A stretch of DNA of 64,000 nt from an uncultured Enterobacteriaceae bacterium. Lineage in GTDB: Bacteria; Pseudomonadota; Gammaproteobacteria; Burkholderiales; SG8-39. Numbering within the stretch: the stretch's first letter is position 1; the number at the start of each line of letters is the position of its first letter. The notes below the pieces were generated by a model that saw only the letters and a program-made list of their open reading frames with translations, had not been told where the DNA came from and did not search any database. This document shows positions 29,024-38,752 of the stretch, piece by piece. Location: NCBI GenBank assembly GCA_964430565.1, contig CAYSFD010000051.1:29989-93988 (forward strand), written 5' to 3'. The translations under genes were made by a program, and so were the position numbers.

Positions 29024-30862
29024 TCAAGGCGCTGTCTTACCGACGCTGCGCTCCCGCACGAACTCCTCCATCACCGTCTGCTCCAGCACGCGTGGCGGCA
29101 GCAGGCCCTGGGCGACGATGAAGTCGTTGAAGGCCATGAGGTCGAACTGCCGTCCCAGCGCGACTTCGGCCCGGGTGCGGAGCGAGCGCAACTGCAGGTA
29201 GCCGTAGTAGTAGGCGGTGGCCTGGCCGGGCGACTCGAAGGCGTAGCGGTCCACTTCCTGCTGGGAGAAGGGCTCGGAGATCACCACGTCCTCCATCAGG
29301 ATGCGCTTTGCCTCGGCCGGCGTGATGCGGCCGAGGTTCACCATCGGGTCGAGGAAGGCGCGCGCCATGCGCAGCAGCCGCCACTGCAGCGAGACGAGCT
29401 GCGCCTCCGGGGGCAGGTAAGGCATCATCAGCGCCTCGCTGTACAGCGCCCAGCCTTCGACGTTGGCGCTGTTGAACGCGAAGAGGGCGCGCGCCATCGA
29501 CACGCCGCGCTCGACCATGGAGGCGAACTGCAGCTCGTGTCCGGGCCGCGCCTCGTGCGCGGTGAGGGTCCAGGCCACGGCCTCGTAGCTGAAATCGTCC
29601 ATCTTCTCGAGCGTCTTCGCGTGCGGGTTGGCGAGCGGGATGAGGAACTCGCCGTACTCGCCCTGGTTGCCGATCAGGCGCGGCGTGCGCATCTGCGGCG
29701 CGGGTGTCTGCGCCGCTTCGGACTCGGTGGCGAAGCGGATCGCGGCTTCGCGCGCGGGCAGGCTGATGAGCTTTTCGCGGCGGATGATCGCCTCGATGTC
29801 CTTCAGCACGCCGCGGTACAGGGCGAGCATGGCCTCGGGCTCGACCTGGCGTTTCTTCAGCTCGCGGATCACGTCGCGGTAGTCCGCGGAAGGGAGCCTC
29901 CTCGCCGCGGCAAGCTGCTTGGCCAGGACCTGCATCTGGTCGCGCACTTCCTGGAAGTCGGCCCCGGCGCGCTCGATCAGCTCCTCGGGGGTGATGGCCA
30001 CGCCCACCTGCTTCAGCCGGTTCGCGTAGAGCGCGAGCGGCAGGCGTATTTCTGAGCGCGCGCGCGGCAGCACCGTTTTGCGCGCCCAGTCGTTGTAGTC
30101 GCGCAGCTGCCTGGCGAGCACCTCGAAGTCCGCCTGCCAGCCTTCGAGCTTCGCCTTCTCGAACAGCCTGGCGATGCCCTTCAGGAAGAACTCGGTCTTG
30201 TCGAGCTGCTGCCTGACCTCCTCGACGGTGGGGCCGATCAGCCCCGGCCTGGCGAGCTCTTCCTCGGTGCGCTCGCGCGCGCGCGTCGCGAGGGGCGTGG
30301 TGCCTGGCGCGAGGCCCGCGTAGCGCTTCAGGCGCACCAGGGCGCGCGCTTGCCGCTCGGGACGGTTGCGCGGGTCGAGCAGGCTCGAGAGGCCGAAGTT
30401 GACGATTCCCGGCGCGGCGACGTAGTTGATCAGGTAGCGGCGTTCCAGGCGCGCGGTCTCGATCACCTGCTCGCGCGAGGCGATCAGGATGTCGAGGTCC
30501 TGCCGCAGCTTGGGGTCGGTCTCGGCCGCGCGCAAGGCGCGCAGGGCGGCGAGGCGCTTCTCGGTCTGCGCGAGGTGGCGCTCGAAGAGGTTCGGGCCGA
30601 AGTCGGCTACCGCGGTGTCGAATTCCTCCTGCCCGGCGGAGGACGGTCCCTCCGGGAAGAACTGCCCCCGGTCGCGCAACACCTCTGCGGCGATCTTGTT
30701 GCTGCGCTCGACCCAGGCGGGCGTCTCTGCCCCGGCGAGGGCGGCGAACGAAAGCAGCGCGGCGAAGGCGAGAATGCGCAGGTTTCCCGGCGCTGCCGCA
30801 CCGCGATGGATGATTTGGATCAAAGCTGGCGGAGCAAGGCTGCTTCCGTGCGAATGCTGCAA
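29024..30862 (-). CDS. DUF885-family secreted protein
   Basis: TAHEARPGHELQF, NVEGWALYSE, PGQATAYYYGYLQL, FNDFIVAQGLLP; true start may lie downstream of the TTG at 30862. Confidence 0.9.
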   Translation of the reverse strand: MQHSHGSSLAPPALIQIIHRGAAAPGNLRILAFAALLSFAALAGAETPAWVERSNKIAAEVLRDRGQFFPEGPSSAGQEEFDTAVADFGPNLFERHLAQTEKRLAALRALRAAETDPKLRQDLDILIASREQVIETARLERRYLINYVAAPGIVNFGLSSLLDPRNRPERQARALVRLKRYAGLAPGTTPLATRARERTEEELARPGLIGPTVEEVRQQLDKTEFFLKGIARLFEKAKLEGWQADFEVLARQLRDYNDWARKTVLPRARSEIRLPLALYANRLKQVGVAITPEELIERAGADFQEVRDQMQVLAKQLAAARRLPSADYRDVIRELKKRQVEPEAMLALYRGVLKDIEAIIRREKLISLPAREAAIRFATESEAAQTPAPQMRTPRLIGNQGEYGEFLIPLANPHAKTLEKMDDFSYEAVAWTLTAHEARPGHELQFASMVERGVSMARALFAFNSANVEGWALYSEALMMPYLPPEAQLVSLQWRLLRMARAFLDPMVNLGRITPAEAKRILMEDVVISEPFSQQEVDRYAFESPGQATAYYYGYLQLRSLRTRAEVALGRQFDLMAFNDFIVAQGLLPPRVLEQTVMEEFVRERSVGKTAP

Positions 30863-30924
30863 ATATTAGTACACATCCTGAACGTCAGTTTTCGGATCGA
30901 AACGAATCAGAGGCGTTGAGCGCC

Positions 30925-31254
30925 TCAGGCCGCGATCTTTTCTCCACCGGTAAACGCGCGTTGCAGTTCCCGCCGGGTCGCGCCGGTTGCCAGGATGGCG
31001 CGGACCATCAAATCGATCGTCACGGAGGGGTCGCCGGCTTCGATCTTGGCGACGCGTGACTGGCTCGAGCCCATCCGTTGGGCGAGATCCACCTGGGAAA
31101 GGCGGCGCTTTTGCCGGGCCTGCTTGAGCGCGCCGGCGAGGGAGAGCTTCAGCTCCACCAGCGCGACCTCCTCGTCGCTCAACTTGAGGAAATCCTTGGC
31201 GCTGCCGACCTTCCAGCCGGCGGCGCGCAGTCTCTTCAATTTCGTGGCGTTCAT
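30925..31254 (-). CDS. XRE-family HTH antitoxin (HigA-like)
   Basis: GWKVGSAKDFL, LSQVDLAQRMGSSQSRVAKIEAGDPSVTIDL; directly downstream of the toxin gene. Confidence 0.88.
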   Translation of the reverse strand: MNATKLKRLRAAGWKVGSAKDFLKLSDEEVALVELKLSLAGALKQARQKRRLSQVDLAQRMGSSQSRVAKIEAGDPSVTIDLMVRAILATGATRRELQRAFTGGEKIAA

Positions 31255-31258
31255 GGAG

Positions 31259-31597
31259 CTACTCCTTTATCGAGGCATAGCTTCGCAGCCTCGCTTTGCA
31301 GACCTCGATCACGGTCTTGGGTGTCTTTTGCGTCGTCTTTGCAAACACGTCGAGAATCACGATCGCGTCGGCAGCGACGTGATAAACAATCCGCCACGTG
31401 CGGTTCGCGTCCTGCACGCGGAGCTCATGACAGGCTTTGCCGATGCTCGGCATGGGACGCGAGTGCGGGAGCGGAACTCTCTCGCCACGTTGCAAACGAC
31501 GCAGCAGCACGCCTGCCTCGATCCGGGCCTCGGCCGAAAACGGCGGCGTCTTGATTTCACCGTGCAGCCACGCCAGCGGCTTGTCGGCCTGGGGCAT
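31259..31597 (-). CDS. RelE/ParE-family toxin (Gp49/HigB-like)
   Basis: KPLAWLHGEIKTPPFS, HSRPMPSIGKACHELRV, WRIVYH, VFAKTTQKTP. Confidence 0.9.
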   Translation of the reverse strand: MPQADKPLAWLHGEIKTPPFSAEARIEAGVLLRRLQRGERVPLPHSRPMPSIGKACHELRVQDANRTWRIVYHVAADAIVILDVFAKTTQKTPKTVIEVCKARLRSYASIKE

Positions 31598-31607
31598 GAA
31601 GCGCAGT

Positions 31608-31627
31608 ATATGTCAGACTTGACATAT
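31608..31627. promoter_or_regulatory. TA operator palindrome ATATGTCA-GACT-TGACATAT overlapping the -10 TATACT
   Basis: Perfect 8-bp inverted repeat 10 bp upstream of the toxin ATG; minus-strand TATACT at 31605-31610. Confidence 0.8.
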
Positions 31628-31811
31628 CCGCAAACCTCGCCCGGCGAAAGGCGGGCGCGTCGAGCCGGGCAGTTGACGATCGCGCGCCCCGGCACTTGAA
31701 TCGCCTTGGTGTCGCTGTACGACGACACGTGAGCGTCGCGGCGAGCGCATTCCCGCGTTTCATCTCGCGGGAACCATCGTTTCCCCCTCCCAACAAAGTA
31801 GAATTCGCCCG

Positions 31812-34157
31812 ATGTTCCGTCTGTTCCCTCGCGAGAAACCGAATTTCTGGCGCTACCTCCGCTACGCCTTCCTCTCGCTCGCTCTGCTCGCGGCCGGTTT
31901 CACGCTGTATCTCGATTTCCGCGTGCGCAGCGAGTTCGAGGGACGGCGCTTCGCGCTGCCGGCGCGAATTTACGCGCGGCCGCTGGAACTGCACGCGGGG
32001 TTGCGAATTCCGCAAGCGGACGTGGTGCACGAGCTGCGCGAGGCCGGCTACCGCGAGGGCGTGCGCGAGGGCGAATCGGGATGGTTCGCGAGAAACGGCG
32101 AAGAGCTCGAGATCGCGCAGCGGCCGTTCGTGTTCTGGGACGGGTCTCAGGCCGCGAAGCGCGTCCGCGTGGCGTTCGACGGCAAGACGGTCGTCGCGGT
32201 GCGCGACGCCGAAGGGAAGGACCTGCCGCTCGCGCGACTGGAGCCCTTGCCGATCGGCGGTATCTATCCCGCGAATAATCAGGACCGCGTGCTCGTCCGG
32301 CTCGCCGAAGTGCCGAAGCACTTCGTGCAGGCGCTGATCGCAACCGAGGACCGCAACTTCTATTCTCACCACGGCTTCGACCTGCGCGGCATCGCTCGCG
32401 CCGCATGGAGCTTCGTCCGCTTGAGAGGGCTCCAGGGCGGGAGCACGCTCACGCAGCAGCTGGTGAAGAATTTCTTCCTCACCCGCGAGCGCACGCTCTC
32501 GCGCAAGGTCACCGAGCTGTTCATGGCTGTGCTGCTGGAAATCCACTACGACAAGGAGGAGATCCTCGAGACCTATCTGAACGAAATCTATCTAGGCCAG
32601 GACCGCGACCGCGCCATCCACGGCGTCGGGCTCGCGTCGCTCTACTACTTCGGCAAGACGGTCGAGCACCTCACGCTCGCCGAGAGCGCGCTCCTCATCG
32701 CCGTGGTGAAGGGCCCGGCCGTGTACGACCCCCACCGCCACCCGCAGCGCGCGCTCGAGCGTCGCAACGTTGTCCTTCGAGAAACCAAGGACCGGGGCTA
32801 CGCGACGATGGAGCAGTACGCGCAAGCGCGCGCCTCGGCCCTCGGAGTGAACGCCAAGGCGTCGGTCGGCACTTCGCCGCACCCGGCGTTCCTCGAGCTC
32901 GTGCATCGGCAGCTGCGGCGCGAATACGACGAAGCCGATCTGCGCTCGGAGGGCTTAAGGGTCTTCACCACGCTCGACCCGCGCGCGCAGGGCGCGGCCG
33001 AGCGGGTGCTCGCGCGCAAGCTCACGCAGTACGACAAGGGGAAACTCTTCGGCGCCGCGGGCCCTGGAGGGACGAAAGGGCCCCTCCCTGGTCTCGAAGG
33101 CGCGGTCGTGGTCACCGACACCCAGACGGGCGAGGTCGAGGCGCTGGTGGGCGGGCGCGATCCGCTCTACCGCGGATTCAACCGCGCCCTGGACGCCGCG
33201 CGGCCGGTGGGCTCGTTACTCAAACCCGCGATCTACCTCACGGCGCTCAGCCTGCCGGCGCGCTATACGCTGGTGACGCCGATCGACGACGGGCCCTTCG
33301 TCTGGAAGAGCCGCGGGGCACCGGACTGGGAGCCTGAGAACTACGACAAGAAATTCCACGGCGCGGTGCCGCTCCGGACCGCGCTCGCGCAGTCCTACAA
33401 CGTCGCGACAGCGCGCCTGGGGACCGAGCTCGGCGTGGAGAAAGTGCTCGCCACCGTGAAAGGGCTCGGAATCGAACGCGAACTCAAGCCCTATGCCTCG
33501 ACGCTGCTCGGCGCCGCGGAGATGAGCCCGCTCGAAGTGGCACAGATGTACCAGACCGTCGCGAGCGGGGGATTCCGCGTGCCGCTGCGCTCGATCCGCG
33601 AGGTGACCACCCAGGACGGCCGTCCGCTCAGGCGTTACCCGATCGCGGTGGAGCAGGCCTTCCCGGCGGAGCCGATGTACCTCATTGCCGTCGCCATGCA
33701 GGGCACCGTGCGCGAGGGTACGGCGCAGAGCCTCTCGAACTGGCTGCCACCGGAGACTGCGGTTGCCGGAAAGACCGGAACCACCGACGAGCAGCGCGAC
33801 GCCTGGTTCGCGGGCTTCACCGGCGACCGGCTCGGCATCGTGTGGATCGGCTACGACGACAACCGCGCGGCGCGCCTCTCGGGAGCAGGCGCCGCGATGC
33901 CGGTGTGGGGCGAGCTGATGGCCGGGCTCGATCCGGAGCCGCTTGCGCTGCAAAAGCCCGAGGGCATCGAGAACGTGCTCATCGATCCGGGCAGCGGACT
34001 GCGCGCCGACTTTGCCTGCGCCGGAGCGATCGAGCTGCCGTTCGCGCTGGGGTCGGCGCCGGCCGAGCGCGCGCCCTGCGCCTCCGCCGTGGGCGCCGCA
34101 GTCGAGCAGATGAAGGAGCACACGAAGAGCTTGTTCGAGCGCCTGTTCGGAAAATGA
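31812..34157 (+). CDS. mrcB: Penicillin-binding protein 1B
   Basis: N-terminal TM; PARIYARPLEL; UB2H-like region; transglycosylase EDRNFYSHHG and GGSTLTQQLVKN; transpeptidase SLLK, SYN, KTG. Confidence 0.93.
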   Translation: MFRLFPREKPNFWRYLRYAFLSLALLAAGFTLYLDFRVRSEFEGRRFALPARIYARPLELHAGLRIPQADVVHELREAGYREGVREGESGWFARNGEELEIAQRPFVFWDGSQAAKRVRVAFDGKTVVAVRDAEGKDLPLARLEPLPIGGIYPANNQDRVLVRLAEVPKHFVQALIATEDRNFYSHHGFDLRGIARAAWSFVRLRGLQGGSTLTQQLVKNFFLTRERTLSRKVTELFMAVLLEIHYDKEEILETYLNEIYLGQDRDRAIHGVGLASLYYFGKTVEHLTLAESALLIAVVKGPAVYDPHRHPQRALERRNVVLRETKDRGYATMEQYAQARASALGVNAKASVGTSPHPAFLELVHRQLRREYDEADLRSEGLRVFTTLDPRAQGAAERVLARKLTQYDKGKLFGAAGPGGTKGPLPGLEGAVVVTDTQTGEVEALVGGRDPLYRGFNRALDAARPVGSLLKPAIYLTALSLPARYTLVTPIDDGPFVWKSRGAPDWEPENYDKKFHGAVPLRTALAQSYNVATARLGTELGVEKVLATVKGLGIERELKPYASTLLGAAEMSPLEVAQMYQTVASGGFRVPLRSIREVTTQDGRPLRRYPIAVEQAFPAEPMYLIAVAMQGTVREGTAQSLSNWLPPETAVAGKTGTTDEQRDAWFAGFTGDRLGIVWIGYDDNRAARLSGAGAAMPVWGELMAGLDPEPLALQKPEGIENVLIDPGSGLRADFACAGAIELPFALGSAPAERAPCASAVGAAVEQMKEHTKSLFERLFGK

Positions 34158-34173
34158 GCGGAAATCGGAATCG

Positions 34174-34243
34174 CGTCATCCCCGCGCAAGCGGGGATCCA
34201 GTGACTTTGCCGCCGCTGGATTCCCGCTTGCGCGGGAATGACG
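34174..34243. repeat. Palindromic repeat element, dRS3-like (ATTCCC-N8-GGGAAT)
   Basis: CGTCATCCCCGCGCAAGCGGGGATCCAG...CTGGATTCCCGCTTGCGCGGGAATGACG; exact ATTCCC-N8-GGGAAT at 34220-34239. Confidence 0.85.
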
Positions 34244-34257
34244 GCACACTACGTCCG

Positions 34258-34764
34258 ATGAGAATCCTCCTTCCCTTCCTCGCGCTCGTCATCGCAGGCT
34301 GCGCGGCTGTGGTGCCGATGCCCGGGCCGGCTCCGGAGCGCGCTCCCGAGTTGCCTGCTCCTGCGCCTCCCGCTCCCGCGCCTCCCGTTCCCGCGCCTCC
34401 CGCTCCCGAGGTACCCGTTCCCGCGCCCGCCGCCCGCACCGAAAGCATCGCCATCGCCGGTCTCATGGACGGCGCGCGAACCGATGCCGCGGCCGGGCGC
34501 CTGGCGAACGCCGCGGCGCAGCTCGAGCGCGCGCTGCGCATCGAGCCGCGCAATCCGCGCCTGTGGCAGGAACTCGCGCGCGTGCGCTTGAAGCAGGGCG
34601 ACTACGCGCAAGTCGAAGGCACCGCCGCACGCTCCAACTCCTGGGCGCGGGACGATCCCGCGCTGCGCGCCGAGAACTGGCGCTTGATCGCGCAGGCGCG
34701 CGAGGCGCGCGGGGACGAGCAAGGCGCGCTGGTGGCGCGCGAAGCGGCGGCACGGCAGAGGTAG
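34258..34764 (+). CDS. Lipoprotein with Pro-rich linker and TPR domain, LpoP-like PBP1b activator candidate
   Basis: Lipobox IAGC; PAP repeats (15-bp tandem units at about 34366-34410); TPR LERALRIEPRNPRLWQELA; directly after mrcB. Confidence 0.75.
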   Translation: MRILLPFLALVIAGCAAVVPMPGPAPERAPELPAPAPPAPAPPVPAPPAPEVPVPAPAARTESIAIAGLMDGARTDAAAGRLANAAAQLERALRIEPRNPRLWQELARVRLKQGDYAQVEGTAARSNSWARDDPALRAENWRLIAQAREARGDEQGALVAREAAARQR

Positions 34765-34813
34765 GGCGAGGACTCCTTGAAAAGCGCTATCGGCTGTTGA
34801 GCGTGTCGCTCGG

Positions 34814-35836
34814 CTAACGTACAGAACCTGCGAGGAACCCGGCTTCCTTCATGAGCAAGAGATGCCGTGCTTCCTCGCGCCCCAACCAGGCCTCGTAATC
34901 CTTGCCGGTGATGACGGACTGGTTAAAGGCGCCGGTGTCCATGAACGTCTTCCATTCGGGGGCCGCCCGTACCTTATTGAGCAGATCGATATAGAAGTTC
35001 ACCTGATCCTGGGAAACCTCGCCGGGCATGAAAATGCCTCGCAGCATCAGGTACTCGATGTCGAGCCCGGTTTCTTTGCACGTGGGAATGTCATTCCACG
35101 ACATCGTCGTGGTGATCTTGGTCTTGTAGGGCATGCGCTTGCCGTCGAACACGCACAGCGGCCGCAGCGTTCCAGCGCGCCATTGCGCCACCGCCTCTAT
35201 CGGGTTGTTGACGCTCGAATCGATTTGCTTGCCGACCAGTTGCGTCGCCACCTCGCCGCCGCCTCGGTAGGAGAGGTAGGTGAACTTCGCACCGATCAGC
35301 TTCTCGACCAAAACCGTGATTATCTGATCCTCCTGCTTCGCTCCGGTGCCCCCCATCTTGAACTTGCCCGATCCCGCCTTCCTCACCGCTTCGGCGTATT
35401 GCTTCGGGGTCCTGTACGGCGTTTCGGCGTTCACCCAGAGAACGAACTCGTCCAGCGCCATCATCTGTACCGGGGTCAGGTCGCGCCAGTTGAAAGACGT
35501 ATTGGTTGCGAGTGGGGTCGTGAACAGGTTCGAGAGGGTGATGATCAACTTGTGCGGGTTACCTTTCGCCTCCTTGACGTCAAGGAAACCATCCGCGCCC
35601 GCCCCCCCACCCTTGTTGATGACCACCATCGGTTGCTTCATCAGTCCGTTCTTCGAGACCACCCCCTGGATGAGGCGAGCCATTTGATCGGCGCCACCAC
35701 CCGTGCCGGCCGGAACGATGAATTCCACGATCCTGACGGGCTCCCAGGCAAGCGCCGGGGCGGAAAGACCAGTTGCCGCAACTGCCGTCAACAACGCAAC
35801 GCCGCTGCGCCACACCTGATAAGCAGAAATGTTCAT
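34814..35836 (-). CDS. TctC-type substrate-binding protein
   Basis: WEPVRIVEFIVPAGTGGGADQMAR, NKGGGAGADG, FKMGGTG; ATG at 35836. Confidence 0.9.
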   Translation of the reverse strand: MNISAYQVWRSGVALLTAVAATGLSAPALAWEPVRIVEFIVPAGTGGGADQMARLIQGVVSKNGLMKQPMVVINKGGGAGADGFLDVKEAKGNPHKLIITLSNLFTTPLATNTSFNWRDLTPVQMMALDEFVLWVNAETPYRTPKQYAEAVRKAGSGKFKMGGTGAKQEDQIITVLVEKLIGAKFTYLSYRGGGEVATQLVGKQIDSSVNNPIEAVAQWRAGTLRPLCVFDGKRMPYKTKITTTMSWNDIPTCKETGLDIEYLMLRGIFMPGEVSQDQVNFYIDLLNKVRAAPEWKTFMDTGAFNQSVITGKDYEAWLGREEARHLLLMKEAGFLAGSVR

Positions 35837-35952
35837 ATGGTTCCTCTCACGGAGAGTATTGAGCCCAACGTCGAAAAGACCAGTATCCTCTAGTGTATAG
35901 CCGTATGTAGTCAAGCCAATTTGGCGATCGGCCAAGATAGCCGCAACAAAGG

Positions 35953-37005
35953 CTACTTTTTCGTCTTGATCAGCGCATCGTAGGCGTTGTCGCAACGCTC
36001 GACTTCGGCGCTGTCGGTCGCCGGATCGACGAACAGCATCTTGGCGCTCCGCAGCGGGGAGGGCAGGTTCTTCATCGGCGACAGGTAATTGAGCTTCAAC
36101 ATCAGCGGCTGCCCGTCGCTGATCGCGTATTCATAGAACAGCAAGGCGGCGTTCGGATGGGGCGGTTTGCGCGATACGCCGATGCCGTTCGAGCGCCCGA
36201 TCATCGGATCGATCGCGAACCAGTCCACCGGCGCCCCCTGCTGCTTGGCCTGGTCGATCATATGGCTGTAGACGGCGAGCGCCAGCGGCACTTCGCCCGA
36301 TACCACCATGTTGGCCAGGACCGAATTACCGCTGCGCACCGACCAGCCGTTGCGCGCCGCGATCTCCCGGAAGAGCTCCGTGCCTTTTTCCTCGCCCAGA
36401 TCCTTGAGCAGGCTGCAATACCATTCGCCGGCTTTCGCCTCCACTCCGAGCTTGCCCCTCCATCTGGGCTCGAGCAGATCGGTCCAGCGTTTGGGCAGGT
36501 CTTGCTTCTTGACCTCCCGGGTGTTGTACGCCTGCACGAAAACGTTGATGAACTGCGGCGCCCAACCGCGATGTGCCGGCAGGGTGCCTTCGAGCATTTC
36601 CTTGTGCCAGCCGGAATTGACTTCCTGCAGGACCTTTTCACGGTACAGCGCTTCGAGCTCCGGCGAAGAAACGCTGACCGCGTCGAAGTCCCAGCGGTTC
36701 GCTTGTTTCTCGGCCACCATGCGCTGCAGCACTTTGACCGAGGATGCCCGCCACACGTTGACGCGGACGCCGTAGCGCTTTTCGAAATCGGCGCTCAACA
36801 GCTTGATCGTTTCTGCGGCATTGGAGGTGTAGACGGTCAAAGAGCCTTCTTTTCGCGCCGCTTCCACCAGCCCTTGGTGACGGGAAGGACTGTCGTCGGA
36901 GGCCAGCTCGGCGAACGATTGCGCCGATGCGAAGGGGGCCGCAACGGCCATCAGGAACGCGGAGATCGTTGCGCGGGAGAATTCGATGACCCGAGAACGA
37001 TTCAC
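35953..37005 (-). CDS. ABC substrate-binding protein (Fe(III)/thiamine-like family)
   Basis: ARKEGSLTVYTS, FEKRYGVRVNVWRA, YNTREV, DLLEPRWRG, PPHPNAALLF. Confidence 0.88.
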   Translation of the reverse strand: MNRSRVIEFSRATISAFLMAVAAPFASAQSFAELASDDSPSRHQGLVEAARKEGSLTVYTSNAAETIKLLSADFEKRYGVRVNVWRASSVKVLQRMVAEKQANRWDFDAVSVSSPELEALYREKVLQEVNSGWHKEMLEGTLPAHRGWAPQFINVFVQAYNTREVKKQDLPKRWTDLLEPRWRGKLGVEAKAGEWYCSLLKDLGEEKGTELFREIAARNGWSVRSGNSVLANMVVSGEVPLALAVYSHMIDQAKQQGAPVDWFAIDPMIGRSNGIGVSRKPPHPNAALLFYEYAISDGQPLMLKLNYLSPMKNLPSPLRSAKMLFVDPATDSAEVERCDNAYDALIKTKK

Positions 37006-37022
37006 GTGTTACTCCCGCAGGA

Positions 37023-38114
37023 TCAAGCCGCCGCTTGCGCAGCCTGTGCCGCCCTGGAAATGCCGGCCGGGAGCGCCGACATGTCGAGGCCGTACAGCCT
37101 GCAGACATTCGCGGCCAGCACTTTCGTTTGCGTCTCCAAAGGCAGGTGGCCCAGGTCGCGCCGGATGACCTCGATCGAATTCGGCCAGGTCGAATTGGCG
37201 TGGGGATAATCGTTTGACCACATGAGGTTGTCCTGGCCCCACCACTCCAGATTGCGGCCGCAGACCGAATCGTTGAAGAAGCAGGAAAACACCTGATTGC
37301 GGACGTACTCGCCTGGGTCTTTGGTGAACGGCGGCGGATTCACGCCGCGGAAGCGGCGAAAGTAGTAATCCCACTGCTGGACCATGAAGGGGAGCCAGCC
37401 GGACTCGTTTTCCACCGTCACCAGCTTGAGTCTCGGGTAGCGCTCCAGCACGCCGTAGAAAATGAAATCGAAGAGCGCGTTGGTGACGTCCGCGAGCTTC
37501 AGGTTGACGCTGCCGCGGTAATGCTCGACGCCTTTTCTTTCCTTGCCGTGGTAGCTGTGGCCCGTCAGGATGTGCATGCTGACGGGCGCACCCAGGTCCT
37601 GGGCCGCCGCCCAGAACTTGTCGTAGTGAGGGGAATGAAAAGGCAAGTCCGGATGGGGCGCCTGCCAGATCAACGCGCCTTTGAGCCCCGCCTTGCGGCA
37701 GCGTTCCAGCTCCTTGACCGCATTGCCGACGTCATAAACGGAAATAGCCGGAACGCCGACGAGACGGTTCCGGTCCACGCTGCAATACCCGATCAGCCAA
37801 TCGTTGTAGAGGCGAAAGCAGGCTTCCTGCAGTCCGGCGTCCTTGAGAGCGTAGAGGCCCAGAAGGAGCGTCGGATAGAGCACTTCGGCGCTCAGGCCGT
37901 CGACCTCCATCTCCTTGATCCTTGCGTTCGGATCGGATCCGCCTTCGCGCCGCTGGAATCCTTCACCCAGCTTGTGAGGCGGGAAAAGCGGCGCGGCGTC
38001 GCGATATTTTTCCGGCACGCCTTTCTTCCAGAGATCGACCGGCTCCATGACGTGGGAATCCGCCGAAATGATGACCCCGTCGATCCCTAGCCCCCGGCTG
38101 TCCATCTTCCCCAT
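37023..38114 (-). CDS. Amidohydrolase_2 family protein (decarboxylase/hydratase-like)
   Basis: ISADSHVMEP, MEVDGLSAEVLYPT, VSMHI, LVTVENESGWLP, MWSNDYPH; SD AGGGAG before ATG 38114. Confidence 0.9.
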   Translation of the reverse strand: MGKMDSRGLGIDGVIISADSHVMEPVDLWKKGVPEKYRDAAPLFPPHKLGEGFQRREGGSDPNARIKEMEVDGLSAEVLYPTLLLGLYALKDAGLQEACFRLYNDWLIGYCSVDRNRLVGVPAISVYDVGNAVKELERCRKAGLKGALIWQAPHPDLPFHSPHYDKFWAAAQDLGAPVSMHILTGHSYHGKERKGVEHYRGSVNLKLADVTNALFDFIFYGVLERYPRLKLVTVENESGWLPFMVQQWDYYFRRFRGVNPPPFTKDPGEYVRNQVFSCFFNDSVCGRNLEWWGQDNLMWSNDYPHANSTWPNSIEVIRRDLGHLPLETQTKVLAANVCRLYGLDMSALPAGISRAAQAAQAAA

Positions 38115-38138
38115 GTTTACTCCCTGCAACGGCCTCGG

Positions 38139-38630
38139 CTACTCGAAGAACTCGCCGTCGCGGACCACCACCGGCACGCGCTTGTTCTCCTTCGAATCGC
38201 CGGGCATGGGCTCGCCGCGGATATTGAGCCGATTGGGAGCGTCCTGAGGCCCCGCCCGGCAACCGACCCGCACCAGCACCAGCGGCTCCTTGCTGGTGGC
38301 CTCGAACCAGTAGTACGCGCCGGCGGGCAGCATGATCCCCTCGTGCTTGCCGACATCCTTATGTCCTCCGTCCGCGTCGTAGTAGCGCGCGCTGCCCTGC
38401 AACACGAAGAAGGTGTGATCTTCGTTGGGATGCGTGTGCAGAGCGTTCTCGCCGCCGGAGGCGTAGACCTTGAGCGTCGCCCACATGTTGTCGGTCCTGG
38501 CGAGCGCGGTGTTGGTGCGCCCCTGATCGAGCATCTGGGCGCGCATCTTGAAGAACGACGGCTTCTTCGCCGTCGCATTAGTGCCGGCACGCGCGCTATG
38601 GAGTTTGTCGTCCTGGTCGGTTGCCTGCAT
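38139..38630 (-). CDS. Cupin-domain protein
   Basis: GGENALHTHPNEDHTFFVLQG...GIMLPAGAYYWF cupin motifs. Confidence 0.88.
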   Translation of the reverse strand: MQATDQDDKLHSARAGTNATAKKPSFFKMRAQMLDQGRTNTALARTDNMWATLKVYASGGENALHTHPNEDHTFFVLQGSARYYDADGGHKDVGKHEGIMLPAGAYYWFEATSKEPLVLVRVGCRAGPQDAPNRLNIRGEPMPGDSKENKRVPVVVRDGEFFE

Positions 38631-38677
38631 GGATATCTCCTTCGTCGAAAGCGCGCTCCGGAGCGACCAGCGCGCAA

Positions 38678-38691
38678 AACATCACGATGTT
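38678..38691. promoter_or_regulatory. Palindrome AACATC-AC-GATGTT in a divergent promoter
   Basis: Perfect 6-bp inverted repeat between the divergent cupin and SBP genes; regulator unknown. Confidence 0.35.
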
Positions 38692-38752
38692 AGATTAGTG
38701 CAGTGCCATACTCAAGGGCTCGCCCAGCCGCACACGCAGTGAAGGAGGAAAC

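Noticed and set aside
38700-38715. Sigma-54 promoter (TGGCAC on the minus strand) for the cupin operon
   Set aside because: The -24 element is present but the -12 TTGC is missing (TAAT instead)
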